Shown in pieces: positions 1-14,400 of a DNA stretch of 55,101 bases. The notes beneath the pieces were generated by a model, which saw only the letters and a program-made list of their open reading frames with translations, made no database searches and was not told the origin of the DNA. Position numbers and translations under genes: made by a program. Source of the stretch: Proteromonas lacertae (lineage: Eukaryota); contig NGBS01001170.1 of the NCBI GenBank assembly GCA_002245135.1, positions 124,001 to 179,101 on the forward strand, written 5' to 3'. The first letter of the stretch is position 1, and each line of letters opens with the position of its first letter.

Positions 1-481
1 AAGCAATCACTTCCTCATACTCCTGCAATATCAAATCCTCAATCACCACCATTAACATTAACAAAGACAAAATCGATAAAACAATTTCCTAAGTCTCCAT
101 CTGTTGTTATTCAACCTGAAATGATAAAAATGAATGATGATGATAATAATAATGGAAAAAATGACATCGAAGGTAATAATAATATAGATGAACTAATTAG
201 TAAATTAATGGAAGAGAATATTCCAAACTGTTCAATATTAGATATTCACTATAAACATATATTTGGAAAAGATATTAATGAGTTGAGTATTAGTCAACTG
301 GAGTCTTTGGAGTCTTTTCATTTGCAGGTATATTAATTATAATCATTCTAATTTTTTAATAAACTAGATGTTAAAGAATGTAATAGAACATAAATCCATG
401 ATTTTAGTAGAAAGAACAAGAGAAGAGGAAGAAGAGAACATACTTAGACAGAATTTAATTGATCGTTTATTAAACCAGTGA
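1..481 (+). CDS. 3' end of an unknown protein (partial, one intron at ~328-367)
   Basis: Open frame from the window start, a GT..AG intron, then a last exon MLKNVIEHK...LLNQ ending TGA at 479-481. Confidence 0.6.
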
Positions 482-660
482 TAATTAAGATATTTAATGT
501 TTCATTAAATAATAGATTTTTATTGTTTTTATCATGTTTTATGGTATTACATAGAAAAATCTTTCAAAAATTCTTAAAAGCACGATCTGAGTCAAGTATA
601 CAAATCCCTATTTGCATTATAGATATTAATTTTTGTACAATCAAAAATTTAATATTTAAA

Positions 661-2643
661 ATGGGTTGTGCTGAAAGCACTCCACAATTAGTTGATATAC
701 CCTCCGGTGAAGATGCCGAAGCAAATGAAGCCGCAGAAGTAATAGATGATGTTCAAGAAGCAGCTGAGCTTCTAAATCCATCAAATGCTCTTTCTTCACA
801 AGTGGAAGTATGTTCTTGTTACTATATAATTTACAGTTAATTATATCGTGCGCGAATTTAATTGAGTTAGATCAGGATTCAAAATCTGACCCATTTGTAG
901 TGTTTTATGAAAAGAAGTTGGATGGTTGGGTTGAAATTGGCAGAACAGAAGTATTGATCGATAATACAAAGTATTAATATTGTTTTATAAATTAGTCCTC
1001 AATTTACTCATCATTTCCCATTCACATATCGTTTTGAAGAAAATCAAATTATAAAATTTGATGTATTTGATGCAGATGGAGTTGTTAGTGATTCTACACA
1101 CATATCTTTTTAGATTAACTAAATTGACCATTTAATTCCTTAATTGGTATAATTAGATTTAGCAAAGCAAGATTTTATAGGTTCAGCTGAAGTGCTGTTT
1201 GCTAATGTAATAGCTTCAAGATGTTGTCAAGTGACCATGCCATTGGTTAAAGGAAAGGATAGTAAAAGAGGATTAATCAACATAAAAGCTGAAGAAATGT
1301 CCAATCAAAATGCAGTTGTAGAACTTCAATTTACATTAAGAGATTGTACTTTGAAAGATGGATTTTATTACTTTATCCAAGTATTTAGATATAGTAAAAT
1401 GGGGGATGATGCATGCTACAGAACTGAAGTAGTAAAGAAAGAAGATAATAATTTAGAATTCAGTGATTTTACAATTAATATTCAACCATTATGTAATGGA
1501 GATAATGTATATATATTATATATATAATCATTTTTTTATATAATAGTTTCGACCTTTGAACTTTCGAATAATGAGATGGGGTAAGAATGGAGCACATGTT
1601 ATATCAGCTATCTGTCAAGTATTATATTTACATATAATCCAATTAATAGACATGTTTGAATGATATGCAAAACAATTCACCCTTAATACCATTAAAGAAT
1701 AAAGAGAATAGCACTGTTGGATATTTAAAGATAGAAAAATGTAATATTGTTCCTAAACCAACATTCTTAGAGTATATTCGTGGAGGATGTGAAATGAACT
1801 TTATGGTAGCAATAGACTTTGCTGCTACAAATGGAGATCCATCACAACCAACATCACTCCATTACATTGATCCAGAAGGTACTTTAAATCAATATGAAAG
1901 AGCAATTTATTCTGTAGGAAGTGTTTTAGAGTTCTATGATAATGATAGGTTATTCCCAGTGTATGGATTTGGTGGTGTAGTTGATGGTAAACCTAATCAC
2001 TGTTTCCCATTGAATTTCAATAATAATAATCCAGAAGTGGAAGGAACTGCAGGAATATTGAGTATATATAGAGAGTCAATAACTAAAATTGGTTTATACA
2101 GTCAGTCGTTATTCTCAAGAATTGTTGGTGAAGCTTCAAAGTATATAATATAATATTATAATCTATTCTATTTATTAGGTTAGCAAAGACTTATAAACCA
2201 GGTGAGAAGTATTTAGTCTTATTAATAATAACAGATGGTGTAATCAATGATATGGGAGTAACAGTTAGCAAGATTATAAGTGCAAGTAGTTTACCAATGT
2301 CTATATTAATAGTTGGAGTTGGAGAAGCTGATTTTAGTAATATGGAACAATTAGATGGTGATAAAAATCCACTTGTTAGTGAAAGTGGTGAAAAACCAGC
2401 AAGACCAGATATTGTTCAATTTGTACCAATGAAAGACTTCATAGATAAAGATCCATTAGCGTTAACAAAGGCTTTATTGGAAGAATTACCATCTCAATTT
2501 CTACAATATATGAAATTACATAACATTAGTCCTAGTCCTCGTATAGTTATTATTATTATTATTATTTATTATGAATAGCACCAGTAATACCTCCACCACC
2601 AGCTAATTACATTGGAGAAACTGTACCTCCACCAGGAAATTAA
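661..2643 (+). CDS. CPNE: Copine (C2-C2-vWA), N-myristoylation-type start MGC; multi-exon
   Basis: Spliced motifs SKSDPFVV, EIGRTEV, QDFIG, NFMVAIDFAATNGDP, YDNDRLFPVYGFGG, LPMSILIVGVG, DIVQFVP. Confidence 0.93.
1102..1152 (+). other. Putative U12-type intron, AT-AA, phase 0, 51 nt (copine)
   Basis: 5' end ATATCTTTTT; branch-like TTCCTTAAT 8 nt before the 3' end; removal joins ...SDSTH|LDLAKQDFIG in frame. Confidence 0.8.
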
Positions 2644-2831
2644 GTTTATATTCATGAATATATAAATCTAATACAATTATCTACAATATTTTTAAAATTT
2701 AAAGCGTTTTAATTACTTTCATTGAGTTACATTATAGTTTTTGTTATATTTTAATGTTTTATTATGAAAAAATAATAATAATTTAATCAATTTAAACAAA
2801 AAGTATTCTAATAAAAAAAATAAAGAATAAA

Positions 2832-3322
2832 TTATTTCTTTCCTTTCTTTCCTTTCTTTTTTGATGCTTTTGTCTCATTATCATTTGAAGCTTGTTTTAC
2901 AACTGCTCTACATGTTGGCATGATTTTACCTATTTCTCGCAGAAGTTTGATTTCTAAAACATCAATAAATCAAGAAATACTATTGGTTACATCTGGAATT
3001 TTTGGTTGATTTTCATCATTTAGTATGTTTACTGCAATACGACCAGGATTACCAAAATCTTGAGGATGAGTTTTATTCTAACAGCAAAATAAATTACACA
3101 ATTAATACTTGTAAAACATAACTCAATCCCAGTTTTTCACATGCATTTTTTACATCACCAATATTTGGTTTCTCACCTAATCATTATGATAATAGCTGAG
3201 AAATATATACAACACAATGCTTTTGGTAATCTTCTTCCATAATTCAAACTTCTTTCAACATTGAAATATATTGGATAAATCATTAAGTACCTATGATCTC
3301 CTGATATATCAGATTCAGCCAT
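2832..3322 (-). CDS. SRP19: Signal recognition particle 19 kDa protein (4 exons, missed by ORF track)
   Basis: Spliced translation has IYPIYFN..YGRRLPK, NKTHPQDFGNPGRIAV and a Lys-rich C-terminus KKKGKKGKK. Confidence 0.9.
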
Positions 3323-3414
3323 TTTTAAAAATTAAAATGAAAAAAGCTTGTTAATAGTTTGATTTAGTGAAAGATATAATTTATTTTTTTGTGTTATATA
3401 AGAAGTAGATCAAG

Positions 3415-6078
3415 ATGCCGTTGAAGAAATGGAATAACAAACTGTTTAAGAACATTAGTTTAATAGCATCAAAGGAAGGTGTTCCTAAGAAAAAACTTGA
3501 AACGTTAAACAGCATCCAGCAATACATTGTTTGTCATGAATTATGTATATAGACTGAGCTTATGATTTTAGTATATTCGAATGATCAAGAACTACAAACG
3601 GCACAACGTTGTTATATAAATCTGTGGGGTTACCTATTAGATACCGTTTCATATGTATATTTACTATTTTTTTATACATTGTTCCAGATTACAAGCGAAT
3701 ACAGAGCATTATTTTTTAGGTGTATATTTGGATTGTTGAATAGAAAAGAGTTCCACATTGAAAGAAATGGTTTTCCCGTCGGAACACCTACACCATATGA
3801 TAAATCGGAACCTGGATATGATATACTATGTGATTTCAAAGAGAAAGTAATACAAACATGGAATTTTTGTAATTTATTAGTAAAAAAGACTGCAATCTCA
3901 TTGGTTGAAGAATTATTCTGTGCTCAAATAGCATCCTGTTGTTACTTTATATTATCACCCATTAAACTAATGTTTATTCAATCATTGTCAGAATTAACTC
4001 CACCAATCACAAATGAGAATAAAGATACCTTATGTCCAGATTGTAGGTTAATTGATACTCCCTATGGATTTAAAATAACTAATGATGAAACGAATATATT
4101 TTTTATAGAACATGATATTGATAAGACTCAATTTTGTCCACTTACCGACATGTGTAAGGAAGTGGAAGATATGTATTTATCAGTTAGGAATAACAGTAAA
4201 TATCGTGAAAATGTAACGAAGTTTATGAATGATAATCCTTCTTTGTATAACTGGGATCAGATACATTCACCACACAAGCCTGATTTGAAAAATATAAATG
4301 AATGGAAATCTATCATCTCAGACAAATCACATTTCCTATTTCATTTTGTTAGACTTGTTATTGATCATATTGAAATTCATTGTTTACCACCTTCTCTTGT
4401 TATTTCATCTCCTACACATTCTCCTGTTTTAAGAGCTTCACTTTCATCAATTACTAATTCAAATACAGTTTCATCCCCTTCTCATAGTAATACTTTTAAT
4501 TTTAATAATACAATATCAACATCAACAAATAGCAAAGATAATAATATCCAGTGGTGTTTTATACCAAATTATTTCTTAATTCTAAGGTCAATTTTGCCTG
4601 CAATTCAAGAAGCAATATTAGGAAATTTTTCAATAGGATTTAAGTATAATACAATTATCTCTACAAATTCACATTTAACTGCGACAAGATGTGCTTTATC
4701 GTTATTGAATAATCATTCATTATTGAATTTATTAATGAAGATTACATTTGAACCTTGTTGTATATTTAGCACATCAGATATTGAAATATGTATATATATT
4801 ATATTATATAATGTATAGCTATGCATTATATGGAAATATGGTTTGATAAAATACGAAATAAAGAGACTTTTAGTGATGAAAGTGATTCAGCATTATATGA
4901 AGGAGGAAATGATGATGATAATAATGACAATGATAAGAAAAAAGATAAAAATAATTCAATATCATTGATTAAACTAATACAAATGATTAATAGTAGTGCT
5001 AATGGATTTCCATTCACAGAAACTGTGGTAAATGGTAATATTTATTCACGGTGTTTTACTATTGAAGATTCAACAATGTGGTTAGAATCTATGGGAATAG
5101 TATCAACACCTGAAGAAGCCATAGCAATAATAAATGAATTAATTCAATCTGAATATGTAGAAAAATGTATATTTATTTTTATATATTTTATTATTTTATT
5201 TAATTATATATATAGTGGAAAGTACTGAAGATCCAGGAATAATATATTATAATATTCCAAAGACAGTAACATTGGAAGGAAATCAGCATGAATTCAAATA
5301 CAAAGAAGGTGGTCATTATTCCTTACCAGATAATTTCAATTATGATTATTATTTCAAGATACTCAGTATGCTGTTAGATCAAGATCATTTCCAAGTAACT
5401 TTAAGAGTATTGAGCTTTATATACAACTCAATGGATCTATTTCATGGAGAAAAGAGAGTTAAATTAATTGTAGAAGTCTTACTTGGCAAACATTTCTTTA
5501 AACTATTCACACATTGGTATTTTTTAGTTCGACAATTCTTTATCACTCTTTTAGTATATAAAGTGTTTAGAACTAAAAGAACACTTTTGCCTTGTCTAAC
5601 TCCAGAACAAATCCAAGATCTGAGTGGTATAGAAACAGAAGAAACACCAGAAGCAATGTATTTAGAAAGACAAGGATTAAGACCAAGATTTCATTCAATT
5701 TCAGATTTACAAACTAAACAAGAAAGTACTTTATCTAAAATAGCTTATAATTTATCATCTGCTATTTCTAGTATTGCTAGAAGAAGAACTAAATCTATAA
5801 GTAATGTGTTTGAAACTTCAATGGAATATGAATCTCAAGCATTAGATTTGGTAATTGCAAGTAAACTTGATTCTTTTATACAGTTAATCTGTTCGCAAAT
5901 ATCTAATCCTGATGATAAATTTGATTGTTATACTGAAGATAAACAAGTGTATGCTGAAGCTGGAATGAAGGAATATTTGGAATCTTTGAATTTGTATTAT
6001 AAAGAAGTAAAAAAGGTTGGTCCGAATGAACAAGTTCCTGCTCCAAATCTTGATTTCAAAGTTACCTCCACTGAGTAG
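3415..6078 (+). CDS. DUF1765-like protein with an inserted DEP-like domain
   Basis: FFKLFTHWYFLVRQFFITLL resembles the DUF1765 core motif; YSRCFTIEDSTMWLESMG..EEAIAIINELIQSEYV resembles DEP; exons join through short GT-AG introns. Confidence 0.6.
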
Positions 6079-6249
6079 ATTATTTTGATACAATTCTTAA
6101 TTATTTGTTTTATGTATATCTGTTGTGTAGCGATTATTATTTTGGATTGATTGCGTATATTTTCAAAGTCTAAAACCCTTTTGTTATTGTGTGAGAACAA
6201 AAAGAAAATTTTGAAGTTTATCTAAAGAGATTCTGACTTAATATTCAGT

Positions 6250-6321
6250 GCGGGGATAACTCAGTGGTAGAGTGTTCGATTGCAGATCGAGATGTCCCCG
6301 GTTCAATCCCGGGTCTTCGCT
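6250..6321 (+). tRNA. trnC-GCA: tRNA-Cys (GCA)
   Basis: Cloverleaf: acceptor GCGGGGA/TCTTCGC, D arm ACTC-AGTGGTA-GAGT, anticodon arm TTCGA-TTGCAGA-TCGAG, T arm CCCGG-TTCAATC-CCGGG; followed by T-runs (Pol III terminator). Confidence 0.96.
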
Positions 6322-6434
6322 TATTTTTTTCTTTTTTTTTCAGTATTTTATAATATATATTTTTTATTCTTATAATTACAAACAATCATTTAAAGAAACA
6401 GTAATCTATATATTTAGTTAAAAATTAATTATTT

Positions 6435-8217
6435 TTATAAATCATCTTCATTCCAATCATTTTCTTCATCAGGTTCTAACAATTCTTGATACTTCGTTCT
6501 ACTATATCTAGACCATGCAGTCAGTCCATCTTCATTCTGCTGTTTCGCTAAGAAAGGATTCGATTCTTCAAAATCCAAAAACTTATTCACATCAAACAGC
6601 ATATCAAAACTAACACCACATTGATGTATAACATCAGGTTTAAGAAAATCTTTCAAATAAAACGTATCATCTTGCTTATGCAACAAATCACACATTTGAC
6701 ACAACACATCTTCCACTAAGATAGCTTGTTGTCCCAAGCTTTCCAATCTTCGTAGCTGTTCTTTGTAAAACTCAGCAACTTCATGTGCTCTTATTACACC
6801 ATCTCCATCTAAATCAACACATCTGAACCAATAACCTATACTTTGAGGATTTGTTTTATCTTCACAAGATAATATAAAATCTACAAATAATATATATAAA
6901 ATATAAATATATATATATATATATATACATGTAAAATCAGCATAATTCATTTTATTAGGAATATCACTCATTAATCTATGGCCTAAGCCTTTAAATATTC
7001 TTTCTAATATTGTATTAGTTAATGAATAATTATCAAATGGAATAACATCATTCAGGGAGAGATAACCATCATGATCAGCATCCAATTGGTAAAATGAACA
7101 AAAAATAACATAGAAATCTTCATATGAAAAATAATCAGATGACTATATATATATATAAACAAATAACAATTATATATATATATATACATTATTAATATCT
7201 TCTTCTTTATCAAGTTGTTTGCTTACTTCATAGAATGTACTAGAAGTGAATTCTTTTAAAGATATTTTCCTATTTAAATGTGTATTTACTACATAAAATA
7301 TTCTATTGATTATTGTCTCTGCATATTTATCAACAAAATTACTATACGTTTCTAGAAAATCTAAACTTGGATGAGTATTTATTAAGGCTAATTAATATAT
7401 TATATAATATAATATTTATTATATATACTTGATATTATTCCTTGAAAATCGTCAGGAATTAAATAATCTCTATTTGATGGACATAACTATACAATAATAT
7501 TAATAATAATAATAATATACCAATCTAAAATATCGTTCTTCTGGTTTATAAGGAAGCATTTCCTTTTGCCAATACTTCAACATATCATCAACAGTAATAA
7601 TTGTATTGTCATCTATTGTTTCCGGTTGTTTATGTTTGGTTATCATTAATATTTTATTAAATAATTGATTATAACAGAATGATGGTAATCCGCACAGTTC
7701 TGATGTTGCATTTTTAAATTCAATTCTATTTATTCCTTTTTCATGTTTTTTGAAGTATTCTTTTATTGTTTTTTGATCTTGAGGCCAATTTACGGTTGGA
7801 TCCTCTGGAATATAGAATCTTGGAATTGTGTATGAATTAAAAGACACAGATATCTATATATTTTATTGATTTACAATATACTCGAGAGGATGAACGTACA
7901 GAAAATCGATGACTTTTTCTAAATGATGGAGATATAACCATAGAAAAGTCTCCTGATTTTCTTGTTGGTAAGTTTGCATACTTCCTGAACATTATAACAA
8001 AAAAAATTAAATACATTTTGGAATGTGGAATATCCATAAATTTCGCCATTTGCAAAGGTTCTGAATTTTTCACTTCATTAAATAAAGTATCAAGCTAAAA
8101 AATAAAGAATTGAAATACAATGTTTTGAGTAGAGGGTAGTGATAGCCATACAGCAAATAGTTGCTGAATTTTAGAGTTGGATACACTGCCTATACTCGAA
8201 TGAAGTGTTTTAGGCAT
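6435..8217 (-). CDS. PPP2R3: Protein phosphatase 2A regulatory subunit B'' (EF-hand), multi-exon
   Basis: Motifs IPRFY, HPSLDFL..KYAETIINRIFY, YFSYEDFYVIFCSFYQLDADHDG, EDKTNPQSIGYWFRCVDLDGDG. Confidence 0.9.
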
Positions 8218-8804
8218 TTTTAAAATTTTTGGTTCGTTGAACAAGCCAAGCCATTTCAAATTGAAATAATGAAATACTCATTACACAGATGGTTTGTGAA
8301 GTATATATAAACATATTTACAAATATTAACTCATGGAGAATAAGAAGAGTTTAAAAGAAAAATTAACTTTATGACTCGATACAATCTCCACATATTGACT
8401 CTTGCTGATTTTTATTTTGATTAATATAGAATAATATTATTCTTAAAAAACAGTTGATTACACATTTTTATATCTAATAGGTCAGAATAGAGCATATATG
8501 GTTGTGGTAGTTGAAAATAGTGTATTGTGAATAGAAATAACAAGAAGAACGTCAAATGAAGTGATATAATGATTATATAAGAATGTTAAAAGTATTATTT
8601 ACTGATTATTTAAGGAGTAACAGAGAAATATTACCTGAAATAATAATATTTGAAAGAGATGGAGTAAGTGAATCTCAGAATATAGATTATTATAATTATA
8701 ATCATATTTATATGTTTATATGATGAGAAAATAACAAAAAACAAAAAGTTTGACTTGACGATTTATTCGTTTTGTTTTTTTGTTTTTCGTTTTTCATTCA
8801 ATAG

Positions 8805-9660
8805 ATGTCAATAACTCTTAAAATAAATACAGTAGCTGTTAATTCTACTTCAAGGCCTGCTGGTTCTAATTCAAACACTCCCAAAATGTCTGGTCCCAGA
8901 GTTTCAACAGTAAGTAGAGGAAGAGCTAGCTGTGTGAGAAGTATTGGTGAATCATCTAGTTATACAAAAGGTGATAGTTTCCCATTGATTGATGGGATAT
9001 ACAAAGGTGATATTGTGGAAGGTGTTAGACAAGGATACGGATCAATTTCTTGGCCTAATGGCGATATATATGAAGGTGAATTTAAAGATGGGTTAAGAGA
9101 TGGTAAAGGAACTTTAATCAGTGGCAATGGTCATAAATACACTGGCGAATGGAAAAGAAGTCAGAAGAGTGGAAGAGGTGAGGAAATTTGGCCAAATGGA
9201 AGAAGAGTATAGATTTATTTGCTTTATATTTCTAATTAGTATACAGGAAGCTATATAAAAGACAAATTTGAAGGTCAAGGATCATTAGTAACATTTGGAG
9301 GTAAATATGACGGTAAATTCCACAATGGAAAGAAACATGGTTTTGGCACACAGACATATAAATCAGGAGGTGAATATGAAGGAGAATGGGTGGATGGATA
9401 TATGGAAGGTCAAGGAAAATTCATCAATAAAGAAGGAATTATATATGAGGGAGAATGGAAGAAAGGAGAGAGAAGTGGTAAAGGAAGAGAAATTAAACGT
9501 ATATTCATAGTATTTATATACTTATTTAGCCGATGATACATATTATGAAGGTGAATGGTTGAATAATTTGAAACATGGAGTAGGTAAAGTATTATTACCC
9601 AATGGAAAGATAAGAGAAGGAGAATGGAGGAAAGGTCAACATGTTAGATGGATACAATAA
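8805..9660 (+). CDS. MORN-repeat protein (3 exons)
   Basis: Repeated YxGxW/FxxGxxxGxG units. Confidence 0.88.
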
Positions 9661-9677
9661 AATGTGTATAATATTAA

Positions 9678-11316
9678 TTATTTAAATTAATCTATTTTTG
9701 CCATATTTATGTGTTATTAATGTTGTTTTTTGTTAAATGAGTGAAATTAAAACACAATTTAGAAATAAATAATATTATTATTTGCTTGTATTTACAGTTG
9801 AGTTATTAAATTCACCAAATGGAAGAGGAACAGGAAGATATGAAGAATTAGGTTGGATTTTATTGGATTCATATAATTGAAGATATTTTGCATGAGTTTT
9901 ATAATGTAGTATTAAATTGTATTTTCTTGTTCCTTTGTATATACAATTTGGAATTTCACATTTATATACTTTATTCTTCTTTTCTTTTGTATTATTATTA
10001 TTATTAACATTATTATTGTTTGATTTATTCATATGACTTTGTAAATGAGTTTTTAATGTAGATGGATTTTTAGCTTTATAATCACAATTTTTACATAAAT
10101 ATATCTTATAGTCCATATGATTCAATAATCGATGTTTTACCAATATATTGATATTATTTGAGATAAAATCACAATTCTCAACAGAACAATGATTTCGATC
10201 ATTTTCATTATAATGAAATTCTTTTAAATGTTCTAACATCAGTTTCTTTGACATTATATGGTAATTACAGTCATTCTCTGGACAATTTATACTTATTTCG
10301 TTATTGTGATCATTTTCAATATGTTTTATTAATATTTCTTCATTGTTACTTATAAATGAACATTCTTTATAAATACATTTCATTTTCTCATTTTCATCAA
10401 AATGACTAGATAAATGGATTACATAATCTTCATTGGAATTACTTATCTCTTCACATTCATAATAATTACATTTCAATTCAATTCCATCATTTAATGAACT
10501 GTAATATTCATTAAACATTTCATGATTTTCATTTAAATGATTTGATAATTCTATTAATTTACTCAACTTCATATCACAGTGAGGACAGTTTAATATATGA
10601 TTATCTTCATTGTGTTTCTCTACATGATTTTTTATATAACTTCCATTCGTTGTACCAAATTCACAGTTTTTACATTTATATGGCTTTTCTTCATTACTAA
10701 TATGTTTATTTGAATGACGATATAAATGATCTTTTCGTTTTGTTATATAACCACAGTTTTTACATTCATATACACCATTATTATCATCACATTCATATAA
10801 ACTGTTATTGTCATCTTCAATTTCATTCTTTTTATATTCATATCCATTATTTTCTTTTTCTTTTGAGAATAATGGTTTTGGAGGAGCTTCTAATGGTAAT
10901 ATTATATCATTATTGTTGTTGCCATGTATTTGAGTTTTAGAATGATTATTTTCTTCATTATTTTTGTTATTTGTCATTATTGGATGAACTATTTGAATTA
11001 CACTCTCATTACTTGATTCTATCGGATGTTTACTCTCAATTCTACTAATATGTTCTTCTAAATGATTCACTAATTCATGTGGATATAGAACAACAAAACC
11101 ACAACAATCATAAGGACAATGTAGTTCTTTTAGAGGGATTGAGCGAGATTTTCCTTTTGTATTAGTTTGTTTTTCTTTTATTTCATTTCCTTCATTTGTT
11201 TGTTTCAACACTTTCAAAGGAACTATTGAATTAAGAATTGAAACTGTTATACTATTTTCTTCATTCATTAATATACTATTGTATTTTCGTTTAATAGGGT
11301 TTTCAGACATATCTTA
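9678..11316. repeat. Left arm of ~1.64 kb inverted repeat (partner 21325-22962)
   Basis: Reverse complement matches from 6 nt upstream of the ATG to ~100 nt past the stop. Confidence 0.93.
9778..11310 (-). CDS. Multi-C2H2 zinc-finger protein, copy 1 (intronless, 510 aa)
   Basis: About 10 CxxC..HxxxH fingers, linker EEKPYKC; near-identical to 21331-22863. Confidence 0.9.
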   Translation of the reverse strand: MSENPIKRKYNSILMNEENSITVSILNSIVPLKVLKQTNEGNEIKEKQTNTKGKSRSIPLKELHCPYDCCGFVVLYPHELVNHLEEHISRIESKHPIESSNESVIQIVHPIMTNNKNNEENNHSKTQIHGNNNNDIILPLEAPPKPLFSKEKENNGYEYKKNEIEDDNNSLYECDDNNGVYECKNCGYITKRKDHLYRHSNKHISNEEKPYKCKNCEFGTTNGSYIKNHVEKHNEDNHILNCPHCDMKLSKLIELSNHLNENHEMFNEYYSSLNDGIELKCNYYECEEISNSNEDYVIHLSSHFDENEKMKCIYKECSFISNNEEILIKHIENDHNNEISINCPENDCNYHIMSKKLMLEHLKEFHYNENDRNHCSVENCDFISNNINILVKHRLLNHMDYKIYLCKNCDYKAKNPSTLKTHLQSHMNKSNNNNVNNNNNTKEKKNKVYKCEIPNCIYKGTRKYNLILHYKTHAKYLQLYESNKIQPNSSYLPVPLPFGEFNNSTVNTSK

Positions 11317-11421
11317 CGGATATTTCTTGAGAAATAAGAAAAAATAAAACATGTGTCGTTTGACAAGTGACCTACATGTTCGACTTAACAAGCTTGACCA
11401 GACAAAAATTCAAAAAATAAA

Positions 11422-14400
11422 ATGCTTTTGAGAGTGAAAGAGAGATGGAGAAGACTAAAAGATAAAGTTGGAATATTGATCCATAATGGAACAATCCCTA
11501 GAATAGAAGTAACTGAAGAAGAGCACGATGCTACAGTTGTTGAGGGAGCTGAGAATGCTGAGTCTGCCAAAACATATACACATGTATAATTGATGATTTT
11601 AGTTGTTATAATAGTTGACAATTGTATCTGTAGATCCTCTATTGAGAGATTCATTAATTAGGCAAGTTATTTGTATGGTTCATATTGTTAATACAACTTC
11701 AGGAAGAGTATAAAATAATTTTTATTTAATAAAATAATAGTATATGAAAAAGATGCCATTTAATAAAGCAAAAGTTGTTAATATGGTTGAAAAAGTGTGT
11801 TCAATGAAAGGAGTCGAATCAGACTGTGCATATATCCTTCCAATATCAACAATGCCAATCGCTGTAGATGGAGGTGAATTAGTTCAAGAAATGATAGATT
11901 TCAGTCAAAATGAACATGGTACACTTTATATCGATCAACCGTATAAATATAAATATAACTAATAGATTGGATTTATTTAAAGAAAGAAAAGATTGTATCT
12001 TCTTTTTCGAATTATTAGCATTTGGTCCTTCCATAACAGAAAAAGAAATGAAAGAAAGTATAATAAATAAATAATATATATATATATATAGCTGGTGGTT
12101 ATCATAGAGTAGCTTGGGCATTTCTCAAGCCGTGGAGTGTATATCATAAACAAACGAATCTAATTGAAACGGATAGTAAAGGAAATTTGAGATTACAGTT
12201 ATATGAATATCCAAAGTCACTTTCAATGAATTTATTAAGGAGATATGCTGTATTACAAGGATATGGTGATATATATGATGAAATACCAACTCCTGATATA
12301 TATTTAGTATATTTATATTATTGGAATAATAAGAAACTGTTTAAGAATAAATATCATAGCTCATTGTATAATGATTATTATTATTATTATTAATATTATA
12401 GATATTGTAATTTCAAAGATGTACCTCGTCCAGATAAAGCTAAAAGAATTGGTAAAAGAGCGTTAAATGTATTTGAATATGAGGAACATACAGATTTATC
12501 CAATCTTAAAACACCAGCACATAATCGACTAATGACTACAACAATGAAGAAAGAACAAAGTGTTTATGAAAAAAGAAGATTATTGAGATTACGTAAAGAT
12601 GAAGAAGTATGTGAAATTCCTGATGATTTAATAAAGTCAGTTCATTCTGATTCAATGGGTTGTACTTGTTTGAAATATTCAAATGATGGAGAATATATAG
12701 CATGCGCTTGTATTAATTATAATAAACAATGTACTGTAAAGATGTATAATAATAATATTTATTACTATATATATATATGTATAGATTTGAATTAAGTCAG
12801 TTTAAAAATATTATCAAAATTCAATCACACTATAATTATATTTATACAATATTCTGGAGTAATGATGATAAATTCATTATTACTGCTTCCGCTGATTGTT
12901 CTATAGGTATATTCTATATAGACATTGAGAATAAGAAGTGTATTCCATTTCAATTTACATCTGAACCACCAAGTTATGTTTATTGTGCAAATCCATTTCC
13001 AATGGAAAATAATACACTTCATATAGTAGCTAGTTATTTTGATAAAACTGTTAAAGAGTATATGTTTAAAGTTGATACAAATGCTGCCAATACAGCTGAA
13101 ATGCTATCACAACCAGAGATATTTACATTACCATCAGTATACATATATATTAAATAATAATTACTATTTCTTATATTAATAATAATAATAGAATGAAAAT
13201 AATGAAGAATGTTTCACTACTTACATAGAATATGTATTTATGAATGGTTTAGTAGCAAATGACACAATAATATCAAATCCAACAAAATCACTTAGTAAAA
13301 CAAAAACAAAGATATTAATGGGAGATAGTAAAGGATATATAATAATATATTCAACGGAGTTGTTATTATCACAATTATCTATGAATGATGGTCATATATT
13401 ACAATAGTATAAATATATTATTATTTTCATTTTAATTAATAGTTTTAATATGGAGAGAATCATTAAACCAAATGGTCCTTATAGTTGTATAAGTTATATA
13501 GAATATTGTCCAAAGAAAAAACACTACTTTTTAGTATATATATATATATATAATTATATAATTATATAAATAGTCTTGTGGTCAAATGAATGTATTAAAG
13601 AAATATTCAATCATTGCTTCAGAACAACAATTATCATTTCCTGGATTCAAATGTGAAAACTTCTTATTAAAAGCAAGTTGGAGTCCTGATGGTAGATACT
13701 TTATAGCTGGTTCAGAAGATAGAACAATGTATAATTTTATAATAATAATAATTATTTATTATTTAGTGATATTTGGGATACTCAAACTTCACAAAAAGTT
13801 CATTTACCAACACTATTAGATGATCTCTATCCTGGTGTAATAACTGATATAAAATGGCATCCTACTGAACATATGTTATGCGTATCTTGTTATGGTGGTG
13901 ATTATCCAATATTATTCTATGTTTTTGAAATGACTGAAGAAAGAAAAGAACAAAGAAGACAAGATCGATTAGCTTTAGATGCAAGTATGTTATTTATTAT
14001 TTATCAATATAGGAATTCAATCATTGAAGTTAAAACATACAGTTCAAGGTGGTTCATTATCAAGAGGTGTAAGTAGACAAATTGATTTTGATAAATATGA
14101 AGATACTCTCAACAAACCAACAAATAGCAATAATCCTTTAACTTCACCAACTTCACCACAGTCTTCATTGCCCAATTATATTATTCCGCCTGGTCCACCA
14201 CCACGTGGTATACCCATGCCGGTATTATCTCCAACTGATAATGATAATTATCACCCAATGCCTCAAGTTAATGATTTGAAGGAAAGAAAACATCCTAATG
14301 AATTGAATCCTAATAAGCCAAAGAATTTACCTCCTCCTGGTGTGTCACTTTATGGAGGTCCAAGGATGGATTCTTTACCAAGAGGACCTCAACAGATTCC

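Noticed and set aside
478..660. ORF-track N-terminal extensions (copine from 478, OGT copy 2 from 21362, ATPase from 52134, fibre from 51343)
   Set aside because: They rely on GTG/TTG or upstream starts in AT-rich UTRs; better ATG starts exist downstream
11832..11839. ATATCCTT U12 donor consensus in AHI1
   Set aside because: It encodes the conserved YILP motif inside an open exon, and no branch box follows
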